Position numbers and translations under genes: made by a program. A DNA stretch of 64,000 nucleotides, from positions 101,804,001-101,868,000 of the forward strand of contig CM097885.1 in NCBI GenBank assembly GCA_044892525.1, in the 5' to 3' direction. Below, in pieces: positions 36,134 to 49,673 of the stretch. This DNA is from Schmidtea polychroa (lineage: Eukaryota). Numbering within the stretch: the first letter of the stretch is position 1; every line of letters begins with the position of its first letter. Below the pieces are notes generated by a model. That model was not told the origin of the DNA. It was given only the letters and a program-made list of their open reading frames with translations, and searched no databases.

Positions 36134-39100
36134 AANNNNNNNNNNNNNNNNNNNNNNNNNNNNNNNNNNNNNNNNNNNNNNNNNNNNNNNNNNNNNNNNN
36201 NNNNNNNNNNNNNNNNNNNNNNNNNNNNNNNNNNNNNNNNNNNNNNNNNNNNNNNNNNNNNNNNNNNNNNNNNNNNNNNNNNNNNNGGTTTCTCTATCTT
36301 TATTTTTGATGACTAATAAAATAAAAAAATTACATGGATTTTAATCCATGAAATGAAACTAATAACTGAAACCACATTTGTTAAATTAATTTTAAAAACA
36401 TTCGCTTAAAATTAATTATTTGCACAACTTAAACAAAATCAATTATTTCTCTCTTGAAAATTTGAGTTTTTCTTTAGATTATTTAAATTTTTTTAGTTGA
36501 AATATAATTACATTATAACACTAAAATATATGACGATTTTGGCAATTCAGTTGTTCCAAAACTTTGTTGTTTTGTGTACTAATGATTGAACTGTTGATAC
36601 AGTCAAAAGATATTTTAAAAAATATTATATAAAATAATTTCGAACGTCGAATCAATAAAGAAATCTAAATTTCTTTAAAGGGTTTTGAGAAATTTTTTTT
36701 TCATATACCAAATTACATCAAATATTTTTAAACAAAAAATTAAAATAAAATTATAAATATTTCTTTGTTTCAATAAAAATTGAAAATATTTAGTGAAATT
36801 ATGTCGTCTACTGATAAAAAATAATGATATGCTTTGAGTAAGATTTAGTATTTGTCTCTTAAGATTAGAGTCTATTTTATAAGAAGTTTTAACATTAGAT
36901 TCAATCAGCTTAAAGAGTTAAAAATTCAATTATCTAAAGTTCAGTAAGCTCTTGACGATCCAGAATCGAATTAAAAATGTTGTGAATTAACTGTGTAGTA
37001 ATAATTCACTTATTTAATAATTTTTTGAACTAATTGAAAAATTAAATACAAGATACGTAAGATTAGATAAGTAGGAAATTATGTAGAGAAGATTATGAAT
37101 ACGAAAATTTTGGCTTTTTTTTACTAAAAAAATATTTTATGAAAATTTTTTTAAGTATTTCTAAACTCACATTAGTGACCATTTTATGAATATATTTAAA
37201 TTTAAAATTTTCCCTGTTCAAAAATAATTTTTTTTTAAATGATCGATATCGTCAAATTTATATTTTGGTTTGTATTTTTTCAAAACCGATGTCTTTCAAA
37301 AGTTTTTCTAAGTAATTTAAACATATTTTTGGGTCGTACTGAGATCAAGATCATAGAAATTTCTAGGGAACACAAAACAGAAGTGATCCGTTGACAGACG
37401 ACCACATGACTGTTGAATCTGACTCTCTGCATACCCACGGAGACGGACATATTGGTACTGTATACAGTGGCTGGGTGTGAGCAGACAGGTGAGCTTTCCT
37501 ACCAAGACTACTTTCTACTGTCACCCATCTAGAGATCGGGATGGCGTGTAGAAGGTCTTATGTTTCTTGTTCCGGTACATTTAAGTATTTATTAAGAGCC
37601 GAAGGCTTGGCGAACGTAAGAACTTAATCTAGTAGCGTTTTTTTTATAGCATTGCGTTCGAGTCTGGTGTTTCCGTTTTGATTTTGGAATTGGAACGATC
37701 GGCTCAAATGTTGTTATATTATTAGTCTTATAAATCAAAAAATGAATATGCTTACTGAAAATGATAAATTATATTTAATGTTATTCAATTTTTTAATAAT
37801 TGTTTGGAAAAATTAATGTTGATTTTGATCGGAAAATGGAGGAACTGTATCCAAAAATCTTAGCAGAACTCGTTTGTTGCGCTCTGGAGATTATTCCATT
37901 CCAAATAATGCTCGTAACATGTATAAATTTTAAGGAATTTTTTCTGGAACATCTAAGTACTATTGATGATCAAATACAGATCGTGTGTCATCCGTCAGTT
38001 TGCGTATATGAGTGTGAGGCATTATTGAATTGTCTTCGTAACCATCTTAATTGGTTATTACATGCCGAATTAATTCGCTTGTAGTGTCGATTAGTAATAT
38101 ATGTTTTTATACAATGTGTTTTGTTTTAGTGCTTTATTGTTTTTGTTAGTAATAATATATTTTTCCCAATATGGCGAATAGGACGCGTAAGTCTTTCTTT
38201 TGAATTTTGATGGGAATAAGCTGTGTATTATTAAATAAAAGTATTATGTAGATTTTGTTATTGATTTTAATAAAAACATTTTGACTAATATGTGTATGTT
38301 TAACAAAGCAATGTGCATGTCATTAGTATTAAATTGGTAGAAATTAAACTTCAAGTAAAATTGTTGTTAAGTTCAAATAAAAAAAATACAAAATTCAAGT
38401 AAAAATTAAAATAATTCTAAGTAAACAGTAAATTTTAATTTTAAATCAAATTATCTAACAATTAATGCTTTTTTAGTTTTTTCTAGTCTACCTCCTATTC
38501 TTTTTCAGCAAGTGAAACACTTCTTTCTCCTGATAACTTTAATCGTAATGCTATTCTTAAAAGATGCTTATCAATATATTCTTTTAGAAATGATGGACAG
38601 TATTTACATCCAAAAAGTAGCTAACAAATTTTTTATCAAATTTTGGAAATTTCACATTTTTAATTATTGTCTGATTTTAAAAAAAGTTTTTTAAAAAAAA
38701 TGAAGTTAATTTTAATTGTTAAATGGATTAAATAATAAAATTAATCTTGTCAAAAGTTAAATGTATTAAGCTAATCATTGATAATTTTCTCTTTTATCAA
38801 AGATTTAGTAAAAATAATTTAATTTGGTGAAAAGAATTTTTAAACAATTATCTAAATACATAATTCTGGTATGATGGTAATGTTTCTATTTGTTAAACAT
38901 ACAAATAAGTTACTTACAAGAATAAGTAAATAAATATAATATTGAAATGAGATTAAGTGAGAGTAAGTGATAAACAAATTATTGATTTTTATAGAATGAA
39001 TGCTGAAACTCTGCAAGAACTCGAGTTGTGTAGGAATCGTGAAAGAGTGCAATGTTGGATAAATTAATCAACTGCGGTAGCTCAGCAGGTCCAAATGTCA

Positions 39101-39263
39101 AGAACTAATTTAAAATAACTAATTAATGTAAACCTGAAATTCAAACAGAGATGTTCATCATTTTTGACGGGTGGTAAATGGTTAATACTAAACAATTAAA
39201 ACTTACAAATTTCTTTCTATATTCGTTTATCCTTTCTTCTCAAAATGAAAGTGTACTTCGAGC

Positions 39264-39720
39264 AGGGTTGCCAGTTTTCTTAATGACATATTGAGATTTA
39301 ATAAATAAAATTAAATCTAAATTTTTTTATTTAAAGAATAAATCTGTTATCAATAATATATGTATTTATAAAAAACAAAAATAACATAAACAAAACATTC
39401 ATTGTACCTTATATATAAAAACACAACTAAAAAAAATATTAGTATTGCATTAAACTTTATTTTATTATTTTTCGTTTCCTGGGCACTTTTTTAAATTCTC
39501 TGTGGTCTTTCTTTTTTTTAAATAAGTCTAAACTCTTTGCATGTCATTTTGTAATTTTCTTTGACCATTAATTCCGCTACTAAATTTTGAATTAGTAAGT
39601 TATTATACTCATTAAGTCACGCGGTGGTCATTAAACTGAATATTCTTTCTGATATCGCATTCAAATGTGGTATCGAAAAAATGTAATTAGCTTTAAGTAT
39701 GATAAAACTAACAATATATC
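39264..39720 (-). pseudogene. hAT transposase C-terminal dimerisation-domain relic with probable TIR
   Basis: The minus strand reads YIFSIPHLNAISERIFSLMTTA*LNEYNNL...VAELMVKENYKMTCKEF; CAGGGTTGCCAG at 39264. Confidence 0.8.
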
Positions 39721-41440
39721 AACTCGAAGATGAAAACCGTAAAAATGAAGTAGTTTGCTACATTTAAAATTAATTATAATAATTATTGTTTTAAATAATA
39801 AATGCTGCTACAAAGAAATCATCACTTAATAATTATTATTAATATGCTATTATTATTATCACAATATAAAATGACAGTAGAAAAATGTGGAAGAGTGGAA
39901 AATTGAGATATTTAATGACAACGAAACATATGCATTCGTTTATTCATTTTTATTCATGAGGAGATGAGATTTTGAATTGTATATTTAGTCTACTTTTGTT
40001 TCTGGGAAATATTCTCAATTACCGAAGTTACTATTTCTTGTTTTCTTTATTAAAATAATTTTTCTAAGGTACTTAGTGAATTTACGATTTTAAAAGTGTT
40101 ATGATAATGAATAATAAGTAAAAATCTAATCGGAAAATGAACAGATGATCATGAAAACCACAAGTATTTGCATATACATAAGAAATAATAAATTAATTAG
40201 TTAATTAAGAAAAAAATTGAACTAACCAAACAATTGTGAGTGTAAGCAATGATTTCACATTGATATGGTTAATATATAAAGTGATGATTTCTTAGTAGCA
40301 GCATTAATTAAATTTTAAACAATTAAATGATAATTTAATTTTCGATAGTCCTTGGAAATTGACAAGGACTATCGTATAGTCGAAAAAATTTCATTTGTAT
40401 TAAATATATTATTTGCAGCAAAAGACTTAAATAATCATTTAATTGTTTAAGATATGGTGAATCGAAATAAATAGATAAAATTTCAAATGAAAATTATCTA
40501 ATGGCTGTCAAGCAGTAATTATTTTGGTGGAATTTTTATATAACAAAGTTGTGAAAGTCATAAAAAAAGCTTGAAAGTAGGATTGAATAAAATAATAACG
40601 AATATTCAAAAATAATTTTAAGAATATAAAAAGATTTTAAATATATTTAGAAGGATTTTAAATTTAAGAGATGATTTTTGATATTGATGATTTGTGATAT
40701 TTGTTAATATTTATATTTTTGTGAGCTTATTAAAAAATGGCTTGTGGAGGATTTTACTACTTTTTATATGATTAATGTCCATGAGGACTCAGTAATTGAT
40801 CAATGACAGTTAATTATAATTAGAGTCTAATAAAGATAAAAAAATTAATATATTCAACATGAATAACTATAGACAGTCAAAAATGGAAGATCNNNNNNNN
40901 NNNNNNNNNNNNNNNNNNNNNNNNNNNNNNNNNNNNNNNNNNNNNNNNNNNNNNNNNNNNNNNNNNNNNNNNNNNNNNNNNNNNNNNNNNNNNNNNNNNN
41001 NNNNNNNNNNNNNNNNNNNNNNNNNNNNNNNNNNCCATGTTAAATTATTTCTACTAAATATTTTGATAATTATGTCTTGTTTGTTGTTGAAAATAATTAA
41101 TAAACGTTCTATGAAATGCAAAAAAAATAATATCTTTCTTTTGTTCTGAATCGCAATGCAGCTAATTAACAGTGAAAAAATCAAGTAGTCGAATATTTTA
41201 CGTTATTGGTTATTTTAAATATTGTTCTATTCATTTCATATGAAAATTTAATTTTTTCAATATTTAATATTAAGCTCATACATTTTTACAAAAGATTTAG
41301 TATTGAAAATTTAATATGCTCTTTCTATTTTTAAATATTTTGTAATTTTATTTTTTGTTTAAATATTACAGTATCCACAATTAACACTGTAGGAATAATG
41401 TAATATTAAACAATTAATGTTGTTTTAATATTATGAAAAT

Positions 41441-43579
41441 GTGGTAAAAATAGAATTTGAAAAACGTTTTGTCTTACAAGCTATCCGGGCAATGGAAATC
41501 AACAAGATCATAATTGAAAATGTTGGAAAATTCGATGGCAAAAATACAGATGTGGAAGAATGGTTTGACAAATTCGAAATTATTTTGGAAGCCAAGAATG
41601 TGAAAAATGTCATGAATGTAATGCCAATTTTACTTGAAGGGCAATCTTATGCAGTTTCCAAACAGTTAAAGAAAAGCAATACGACAATGGATTTTAGTAT
41701 GCTGCAGAAGGAATTATTGAAAACCTTCGGTATGACCGAGCAAGAAGCTTTTACGAAACTTTTACAGAAAACGTTATTAGTGGGTGATAACTTGGATGTC
41801 CATGTAAATGAATTAAGCTCACTGTTGGAATGTTCAGGTGATCTACTAACCCGATTTTTTGTAAATAGTTTACCAAGTGATTTGTCAAATCAGCTCATGA
41901 TGTCAACAGGAACAACAATGAATGAGTTAGTCCCTCAAGCAAAGAAAATTGCAAGTCATCAAATTTATGACAATGAAACGAATGCAGTAGTAGTACCAAG
42001 ATCAGATAGTGGAAGACAAGCCAATCGAAAATTCTATATATGCAATAGTGCTAATCATGTGGTAAGATACTGTCCAGAAAGACGCAACATTAGATATGCA
42101 AAATGCAGTATTATGGGACATATTTCAAGGTTTTGCAAGTCGGGAAAAGATCAAGGGGCTACACACAATGTGGAGTCGGGTGTGGCCCTAAGAATTGTGA
42201 ATATGTGAGACTCCTTAAAGTAAATGGTGATGTAAAAGCATGTTTAATTGATTCGGGCAGCACTACCACTATAGTAAAAGGAAATACACGAAATTCTATG
42301 ACGCGGTAGCGATGCTTGATGGTTCAATCATATATGCTGAGCGAAGTAAAGTTGATATATGGGTTGGAGATAAGTTATTTAATATTGATTGTTTAATATA
42401 CCCGAAACTAGTATCCAATTATGATTTAATTTTAGGAGTGAATGCTATTAATATGTTTGGTGGAGTTCGATTGAATAAAGAAGCCATATTCGGCTGTGAA
42501 GAAGCACCTTGTCACGTAGCGTGCTCTAGTAGTAGTATGTCAGAAATATTGAAGGAAAGCTTTTCTGCGAGATTTGAAAACGAGAAATGGATTGTCAAAT
42601 GGAATTGGAAGTCAGAGCCGCCGACATTTCTACCTAATAGAAATTCAAACTTTTATGATAATTGTAGTAAGGATCAGGAGACGATGGTTAATGGGAAGAG
42701 ATATGCGCTTACGAAAATGGAATTTGGATTGAATATCGCGCCAACGATAATGACAGAGATTGTGAATAAAGTATTGAACAACAATGAATCAATCAAGAAT
42801 AGCACAAATTCATACATAGACGATATATTCGTAGATGAATCTAAAGTTAAAGCAAGTAAAGTAAGTGCAGAAATGCGTAAATTTGGTTTGATATGTAAAG
42901 AAGAAGAAAAGTTCAAGGATACTCTCTGTGTAAGAGTATTAGGTATTGATGTATTTCGAAAGAATAATGAACTACATTGGAAAGGATCGAACAATATTCG
43001 GATAAATGAATTAAATGAAGGGATTTCAAGAAGAGAGCTGTATTCGTTATGTGGCCAGTTAGTTGGAATTTATCCTGTGTCTGGGTGGTTGCGGCCAGCT
43101 TGCTCATATATCAAGAGGCTATCCAGTGGAAATTAGGATGATTCAATAGAAAATCATATCGTTGTCAAAGTAAAATGGTTATTAGAAAAACTGAATGAAA
43201 GAAATCCATCGTCAGGTATTTGGAGTGTTCCCAGCAATCAGACAGGCTTAATTTGGTGCGATGCAAGTTCGATCGCCATTGGAATTGTATTAGAAATGGA
43301 AGGTTCAGTGATTGAAGATACGTGTTGGTTACAAAAACCTGATGATTCAAGACACATTAATTTGGGTATTGTGAAGGGTATTAATTCATGTATTAAATGG
43401 AATCTAAAGTACATCAAAATTAAATCCGATAGTAAATCAGTTGTGTGTTGGGTTAACAGCATATTATCAAGCGACAGAAAAATACATACAAAAGCAAATT
43501 CAGAGTTGTTAATACGACGAAGGCTGGAGCTTTTAAAAGATCTAGCGATTGAGTATGAACTTTATTAGGAGGTTCATCC
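41441..43579 (+). mobile_element. Gypsy-like LTR retrotransposon A (gag-pro-RT-RNase H relic)
   Basis: Gag with two degenerate CCHC knuckles, protease LIDSGST, RT RYALTKMEFGLNIAP...YIDDI (upstream RT motifs apparently deleted near 42670), and RNase H WCDAS...IKSDS. It is interrupted at 43580 by the LTR of element B. Confidence 0.85.
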
Positions 43580-46500
43580 TGTAAAACATTAAAATCAGTT
43601 TTTGCTTCCATAAAATTTATTTCAGTAAATATTAATATCAAATTATATCTTCTTTAATCTTTCTTATTTAAACAAATTTTCTACGAAGATATTTTTAATT
43701 AAAATATCTTCTTATATTTTTTTTAAATATTAATCTAAAATTTAATTTTTAAAATTTTCAATTTAAAAATTTCTTCATCATAAAACTTCCTCATATCTCC
43801 CTTCTTAAGAAATTTTTAAGTTTTTCCACATTTCTTTCGATCCTTTTTCCATCTTCATTTCTTAAGATGTATCGTCTGTCATGCACTTTCTCTATCACTT
43901 TGTACGGACCTTCATACCTGTCCTGGCCTTTGTGGCGTGTTTCTACTTTTACTAATACTTCTTCTCCTACATTGAATTTTCTCCTTGTTTGTTCTTCTAG
44001 TTCTTCCTTTATCGGTATTTCTTTGGACCCGTACCATTTTTCCCTGTTAATCTTTTTTCCAAAAACTATCTCTGTCGGGCTTTTCCCTGTCGTTTTTTGT
44101 TTGGTTGCATTTAAAGTGAATTCGACTTCTGGTAATATCTCTGCCCAATCCGTCTTCTTTCTATCCTGTAAAGTAGCATTTATCAAATCCCGTATTGTCC
44201 TGAATTGTCTTTCTATCTGACCGTTTGTTTGGTGATGGTATGGACTCGAAAAACATAATTTAATATCTAGCATCTTTGTGAATTCTCTCATCATTCCTGA
44301 TTCAAACGCCTTTCCGCAATCAACTCTTATCTCCTTTGGGCATCCAAATCTTAAAATCCACTTTTCTAAAATCGTTTTCTTTATTGTTTTTTCGTCTTGT
44401 TTTGTTATCGCTGTCAAGACTTGATACTTACTATACTGATCTATTATGCCCAATATATACTTCTTACGTCCTTTTGTTTCTGTCAACGGTCCACATATAT
44501 CCACGAATATAATTTCGAACATTTCCTTCGAATCTTGTTTTTTTTACTGGTTCTTTCGTTGTTATTGTTAAAGCCTTGGTTTTTTGACAAATCTCACAAC
44601 TTCGAATAATTTCCTGAATCTGACTCCACAGGTGTTTTCCAACATATCTATCTTTCATATAATCGGCAATCTTCTCGACTCCAGCATGACACAATAGTCT
44701 ATGTATTTCCTTTATTGTTTCTTGTAACTCATTTTCAGGTATCATCGTTTTCTTTCGTACTTCTTCTACCATTCCATGTTGGATGTTGCTTCTTCCCTCT
44801 TCTCTGATCGAGTCTAGTAATCTGTTTTTTTATCTTTCCTTTCTTAGCTTCTTCGTGGGCCATTTGACATTGAACACACGTGTCACATTTAGTTCTCGAC
44901 ACCATGTCTGCATTTTGGTGATTAATACCATTTCTGTATTCTACTCTTATATCTAAACTGCTCAAATAATTGATCCATGTTTGGAATTGTGAAGTAATCG
45001 GCTTCTTGGTTGTCATCATAAACGTTATTGCTTTGTGGTCTGTCCTGAGCGTGAATCTTCTTCCGTAGAGATAGTGCTTAAAATGAATGCAAAAATAATA
45101 TACCGCCAATAATTCCTTTCTTGTAATACAATATCCTTTCTCGTGGCTCGTCATCGAGTGTGATCCATACGCAATTACTCTTTCCTTTTCATCTTTATCT
45201 CTTTGTGAAAGTACTGCTCCAATGGTATCGAAACTAGCGTCGGTATCTAAAATGAACTCCTTTTTCAGATCCGGAAAACATAAGATTGGCGCCGTCGTGA
45301 GTGCTAATTTCAATCCCTCAAACACGCTATTCGTTCCTTCACTCCATTCTAATTTTTTGTTACTTGGTCCGCTACATAATTGTTCTAACATCCTTGCCTT
45401 CTTTGCATAATCACTGATGAATCTTCTATAATAATTGCAAATACCTAAAAAGCTTCGGAGTTTCTTTACGCAATTAGGCTTCCCAAAGTTCTGTATGGCC
45501 TGAATTTTAGATGGGTCTGTCTGTACTCCTTCCTTGCTGATTATGTGTCCTAAGAATCTGATTTCTTCCTTTATTATTTGGCATTTTTCTGGATTAATCC
45601 TTAGGCCTGCTTCCTCAATCGCCTTTAACACTTCTCCGAGTATTGTATAGTTTATCTCTTTACTGCTTGAATAAATCAAGATGTCGTCCAAATACACCAT
45701 TGCTCCCTTTATTTTGCCTAATACTTTTGTCATCATTTCTTGGAACTTACCTGGTGCTGCTGTAATTCCAAACGGCATTCTGTTGCGACAATATTGTCCG
45801 TTCTTTGTTGAGAAAGCTGTTTTCTCCTGTGATTCTTCTTCTAGTTCCACTTGGTAATATGCATTACCTAGATCGATTGAGCTGAAAAAGACGGATCCTC
45901 CTAACAAATCCAACATCTCGTCTATGTTTGGCATTGGAAATGCCTGCCTCTCTGTTACCGCGTTCAGCTGTCTAAAGTCCAAGCATAGTCTAATATCCTT
46001 TTTCTCTTTTTTCCATACACATATTAGCGGTGTATTCCATGGATAGTTACATTTCCGTATAATTCCATTTTCGTACAAATTTTGTATTGCTTCTTCAATC
46101 TTTGATTCCAAATTTAGTGGTTGGCGATATAGTTTTATGTTTATCACCATCTTGTGTTTTACCAAATGTGTGCGACCCACATCCCATTTATCTGCCATAA
46201 ACACGTTTCCACTGTTTGTTATAATTTCCTTTAATCTGCTATCTTCATTGATCTTTAACTGTTCCAACGCTCGTATCAATCGTTCTTCATCCTTTATTTT
46301 TCTGCCAAATTTGCGCTTCAATGTTACAAATATAGTTCTTGTCTTTTTCACTAGCCTCGATATCTTTAGTTTTTAACAGTCTAAATCCAAATGTTTCTTG
46401 TAATTCGATTCCTCCAATCACATCTGGTGTCACTTTCTCCGCCACAATGAATATAACTTCCTTCGAAACATTTCCAATGGTTACTTGCACCTTCGTTTTC

Positions 46501-46842
46501 CCTATTGTCTCGATCGTACTCTCTTTTGCACATCGTAACTTATCGTCACTTTTCGTCAATTGTTGTCCTCGTAGCTTGTTAAAACAGTTCACACTCATTA
46601 CATTGATTCTTGCACCAGTGACTAATAAACAGACGAAATTTTCCCCATTCATCCTTACTGTTATACTAGGCCTTCCTTGCATTTTCCCATGAAGCAAAAT
46701 ACCATAAATACGACAAGCATTAAAAGCAGGTTGGCGTCGGAAAATAAAAGATTTTTTCTTCATAAGAGACAGGTTGGAATTATGGCCAATTTTTATGTCG
46801 AAATTCGATTAAAAGGGCATACACCTGAAATGCTGGAAAGGT
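43580..46842 (-). mobile_element. pol: Gypsy LTR retrotransposon B: protease-RT-RNase H-integrase plus 3' LTR (43580-43793)
   Basis: LLVTGA (protease, D>V), FSSIDLGNAYYQ, YLDDIL, LDTDAS, TDHKAI, HxxxxH...CxxC, integrase DICGP...VDCG...QTNGQIER. The PPT AAGAAGGGAGA is adjacent to a 214-bp TG...CA LTR. Confidence 0.92.
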
Positions 46843-47438
46843 TGTTATGAATATAATAGCAGCATACACCCCTTGAACGACTTCACCGACGAAGGGTATT
46901 GGAACACAGTTCGACAATAAAACCGTTCGCCAGCGAAATCTTTCTCTGGGGCTAATTATAGTAAATAATATAAGCTGAATTAAATAATTCAGCTTAAATA
47001 CAAATGCAAATAAATGATGCCCATGAAATAAATAATTACATAATTATGTTAGCTTAACAAAACAACTAGATTCATGTTTTAATTTTTCAATAAAAGTTAA
47101 ACGAATAGATCTGAACGATTTAGGTAAGACGACCACGAGCAAAAATAAATTTCAGAGTCAAAGAAAATTTTTGTCACTGGTTGAATTAGTAATAAAGTAT
47201 TTATTAGGAAGATCCCTTTCGATGTTTCCAGGTTGAGGCTATAGGGTGATGATAAGTAAATGACTATCCATTTTGGCGGTAAATTGGTCATCGAACTTAC
47301 GACACGGAACACTATTACCATCAGAGGATAACTATTCGTTCGAACCACTGTTTTACGTCTTAGCGGATTGATGAGAAAGATGAAATTTTTAAAAGGGGAA
47401 AAGACCATTATCGTTAACCATCCTTATTTATTAACAGA

Positions 47439-47801
47439 ATGTCTCAAACAAGTGAACCCGACGAAGCGGAATACAGGCAGAGGATCACGCGGCTCCGGAC
47501 CCGGTACATCTGGTACCGGATTCATGATTGGAACCGGGGGTTGGACCTAGATAATTATGGTCCGGTCATCCGAAGTGGCCCCGAGCCCGATGCCCCGGCG
47601 TGGATGAAAGTAGAGCCGACCAACAATGTGTTGCGAGAAGCCCGCGATCGAGCGGCCGGCGAAGTAGACGAGTCCCAGAGGCGACTGAAGAGACTCGAGC
47701 TCCAGCTCAGAGCCGAAGCAGAGGGAGTAACCCTCGAAGAGCTAGAAGAGGCAGATGCTCCTCCACGAAAACGAGGGAGGCCCCGTAAGAATCCTGCCTA
47801 A
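47439..47801 (+). CDS. LTR-encoded 120-aa protein with coiled coil, acidic patch and C-terminal AT-hook
   Basis: Intact ATG-to-stop ORF, GC-rich, ending EELEEADAPPRKRGRPRKNPA. Confidence 0.65.
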   Translation: MSQTSEPDEAEYRQRITRLRTRYIWYRIHDWNRGLDLDNYGPVIRSGPEPDAPAWMKVEPTNNVLREARDRAAGEVDESQRRLKRLELQLRAEAEGVTLEELEEADAPPRKRGRPRKNPA

Positions 47802-48112
47802 GCCGCCAGCAGTGGCAACTGGAATAACACTATCTAACAAATTTAATCCAATGATGTGGTGTTTGCGTTTGACTTCATTAGTAGCTAGTATAACAAATTA
47901 CAATTTTTGTTCATTAACCTTTTGACAACATCGTTCATCATGTATCTTCGTAGTATAATAAATTGTTTTTCTGTTATTACATTTGGACTTTATGGCTTAT
48001 GGAGTGTATTCATGATTGAGGTGACCCTTCCCATCCTTCTTCTATTAATTTTATGCAATTAATCGAATCACCTTTACGCACATGGAAGCGAGCGATGAAA
48101 TTTTATTATTGT

Positions 48113-48479
48113 TTTCCTTCAGTGTACTCGAAAATTACTCGAAAACCTACGCAAGGACCGCGAACAAGCCCAGCAACAAGCCGAAGACCTCCGAAGTCCG
48201 GTCGAGAAGCTTAAAGTCAAGTGCCGAGAGCTCGAAGGTACTTGGTTCAGTCCGGCTGAGATGAAGAAACGAACGACACACATCTCGCGACTCCAGACCC
48301 AGGCGAAGCAGGACCAACTCGAAATCCGAGCACTGAAGTTGCAAGTGTGCACGCTCGAGAGTAGATTGAACGAAAGGTTCATCCAGGACACTCTCCGAGA
48401 ACAGATTCGTCCACTTCCCGTGGAGCTGGCCAAGATATACCCCCGGCCCAGACGAGCAAGCCGAAACGTAAACGGTTAG
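48113..48479 (+). CDS. LTR-encoded coiled-coil ORF (frame open from ~48113; possible splice acceptor ending 48123)
   Basis: FLQCTRKLLENLRKDREQAQQQAEDLRSPVEKLKVKCRELE...MKKRTTHISRLQTQAKQDQLEIRALKLQVCTLESRL; preceded by ttgttttccttcag. Confidence 0.5.
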
Positions 48480-48962
48480 GGCGAAATACGCGAGAGAAAT
48501 TGAAAAGGGCCTGGCTGACCGAGCAGGAAAAATCGAAAGAGCCTGCAGCCACTCCACGATCCTGAGGAATGTTTGAGAGTGCGACCCCTCCTGGGTAAAA
48601 CCGACATTGTGATATTGTAGTGTTTAAATAAATAATTTCATTGTCTGATGGGTATGTGATTAAACTTGTGATTGTCCCGAGCAGGACGGTCGACAGAAAA
48701 GAGTTTGGGAAAACAATCTCGATAAGGGACCGAAATAAATCGGACACATGCCTTCTATCGGCCGTCCGTGAACCCTTGGAGTGCTCGACAATTATAGTGC
48801 TCTTAACGCGCTCACTTTTTGCGAGTACTCCACCCCTTGGTACAGCACCAACGTTGATTACTCAACGGGTACCAAGTGGAAAATAATGTTGCATGCTGGG
48901 TTACGCTGGTAACAGCACTAAAGAGCAAAATATTTGGTCATCAGTAACCCACCATACAAATT

Positions 48963-48980
48963 TGGGGGCTCAGCCGGGAT
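48963..48980 (+). promoter_or_regulatory. Primer binding site, tRNA-Pro
   Basis: TGGGGGCTCAGCCGGGAT matches 16/18 positions of the canonical tRNA-Pro PBS TGGGGGCTCGTCCGGGAT. Confidence 0.88.
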
Positions 48981-49673
48981 TGTAAAAATTTAATTGGTGA
49001 AAGAACCCGAGAATAGATATAATGGGGAGAGAGTAAAAGCTGATATAAAGTGATATGCATTCAAGAACGAGCAAATTGCTTTCCCAAACACTTAAACTTA
49101 GTACATGGATATGTGAATATGATGGAATATATGTGAAATGTTTAAATGAGTAATGGGAGTTTTAAAGTGTGTCAATAGATGAATGTATTGAAAGTGAGCA
49201 TGAGAATACTGTACGAATAGCGTAGTAATAGAATGAAATGATGATAAACGAAAATTAAAACTAAAACAAAATATAGTAAAGTTTTTAAATATTAACGATT
49301 AATAAAATGTAAATATACGAAATAATAAAAATTTAAAAATAGGGGAAAAGGGGGGATAGCACGCTAATAAAAATAAAACGAATGAACAGCGTAATTAAAC
49401 TTAATTAGAAAACGTGTAAATTATGGCGATAATGAATGGGATATGGGTTATATATAATGAAACGATTATAATAAAATCACAAGATCATGAATGAAATTTG
49501 CGCGTGATAGAACATAAAACAGAGGAAGACGGGGTTGCTAAGAGTGATAAGTAGAGGTTTATGGAAGCACTAATAAAATAAGGTATTCATGATATTAGAG
49601 GGAAAACGATAAAAGGGGAAAACGACGCGGAGTATTAATAAAAAGAGCATTTTAATTAATAAGTCTTAATTAG

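Larger units (their letters stand above)
46843..48958 (+). repeat. 5' LTR (~2.1 kb) of the giant element, TGTTATG...CCATACA
   Basis: The 3' end is fixed by CA followed by a 4-nt spacer and the PBS. The 5' end is inferred from TGTTATG where element B coding sequence stops. The second LTR is not in the window. Confidence 0.65.

Noticed and set aside
37320-38090. GC-richer island and ORF 37800..38084
   Set aside because: No recognisable motif in six frames and no hammerhead core (CTGATGA...GAAA) found; cannot be assigned.
4031-41184. ORFs containing X runs (4031, 4095, 16973, 21319-21739, 35303-36316, 40859-41184)
   Set aside because: They are artefacts of translating across N gaps.
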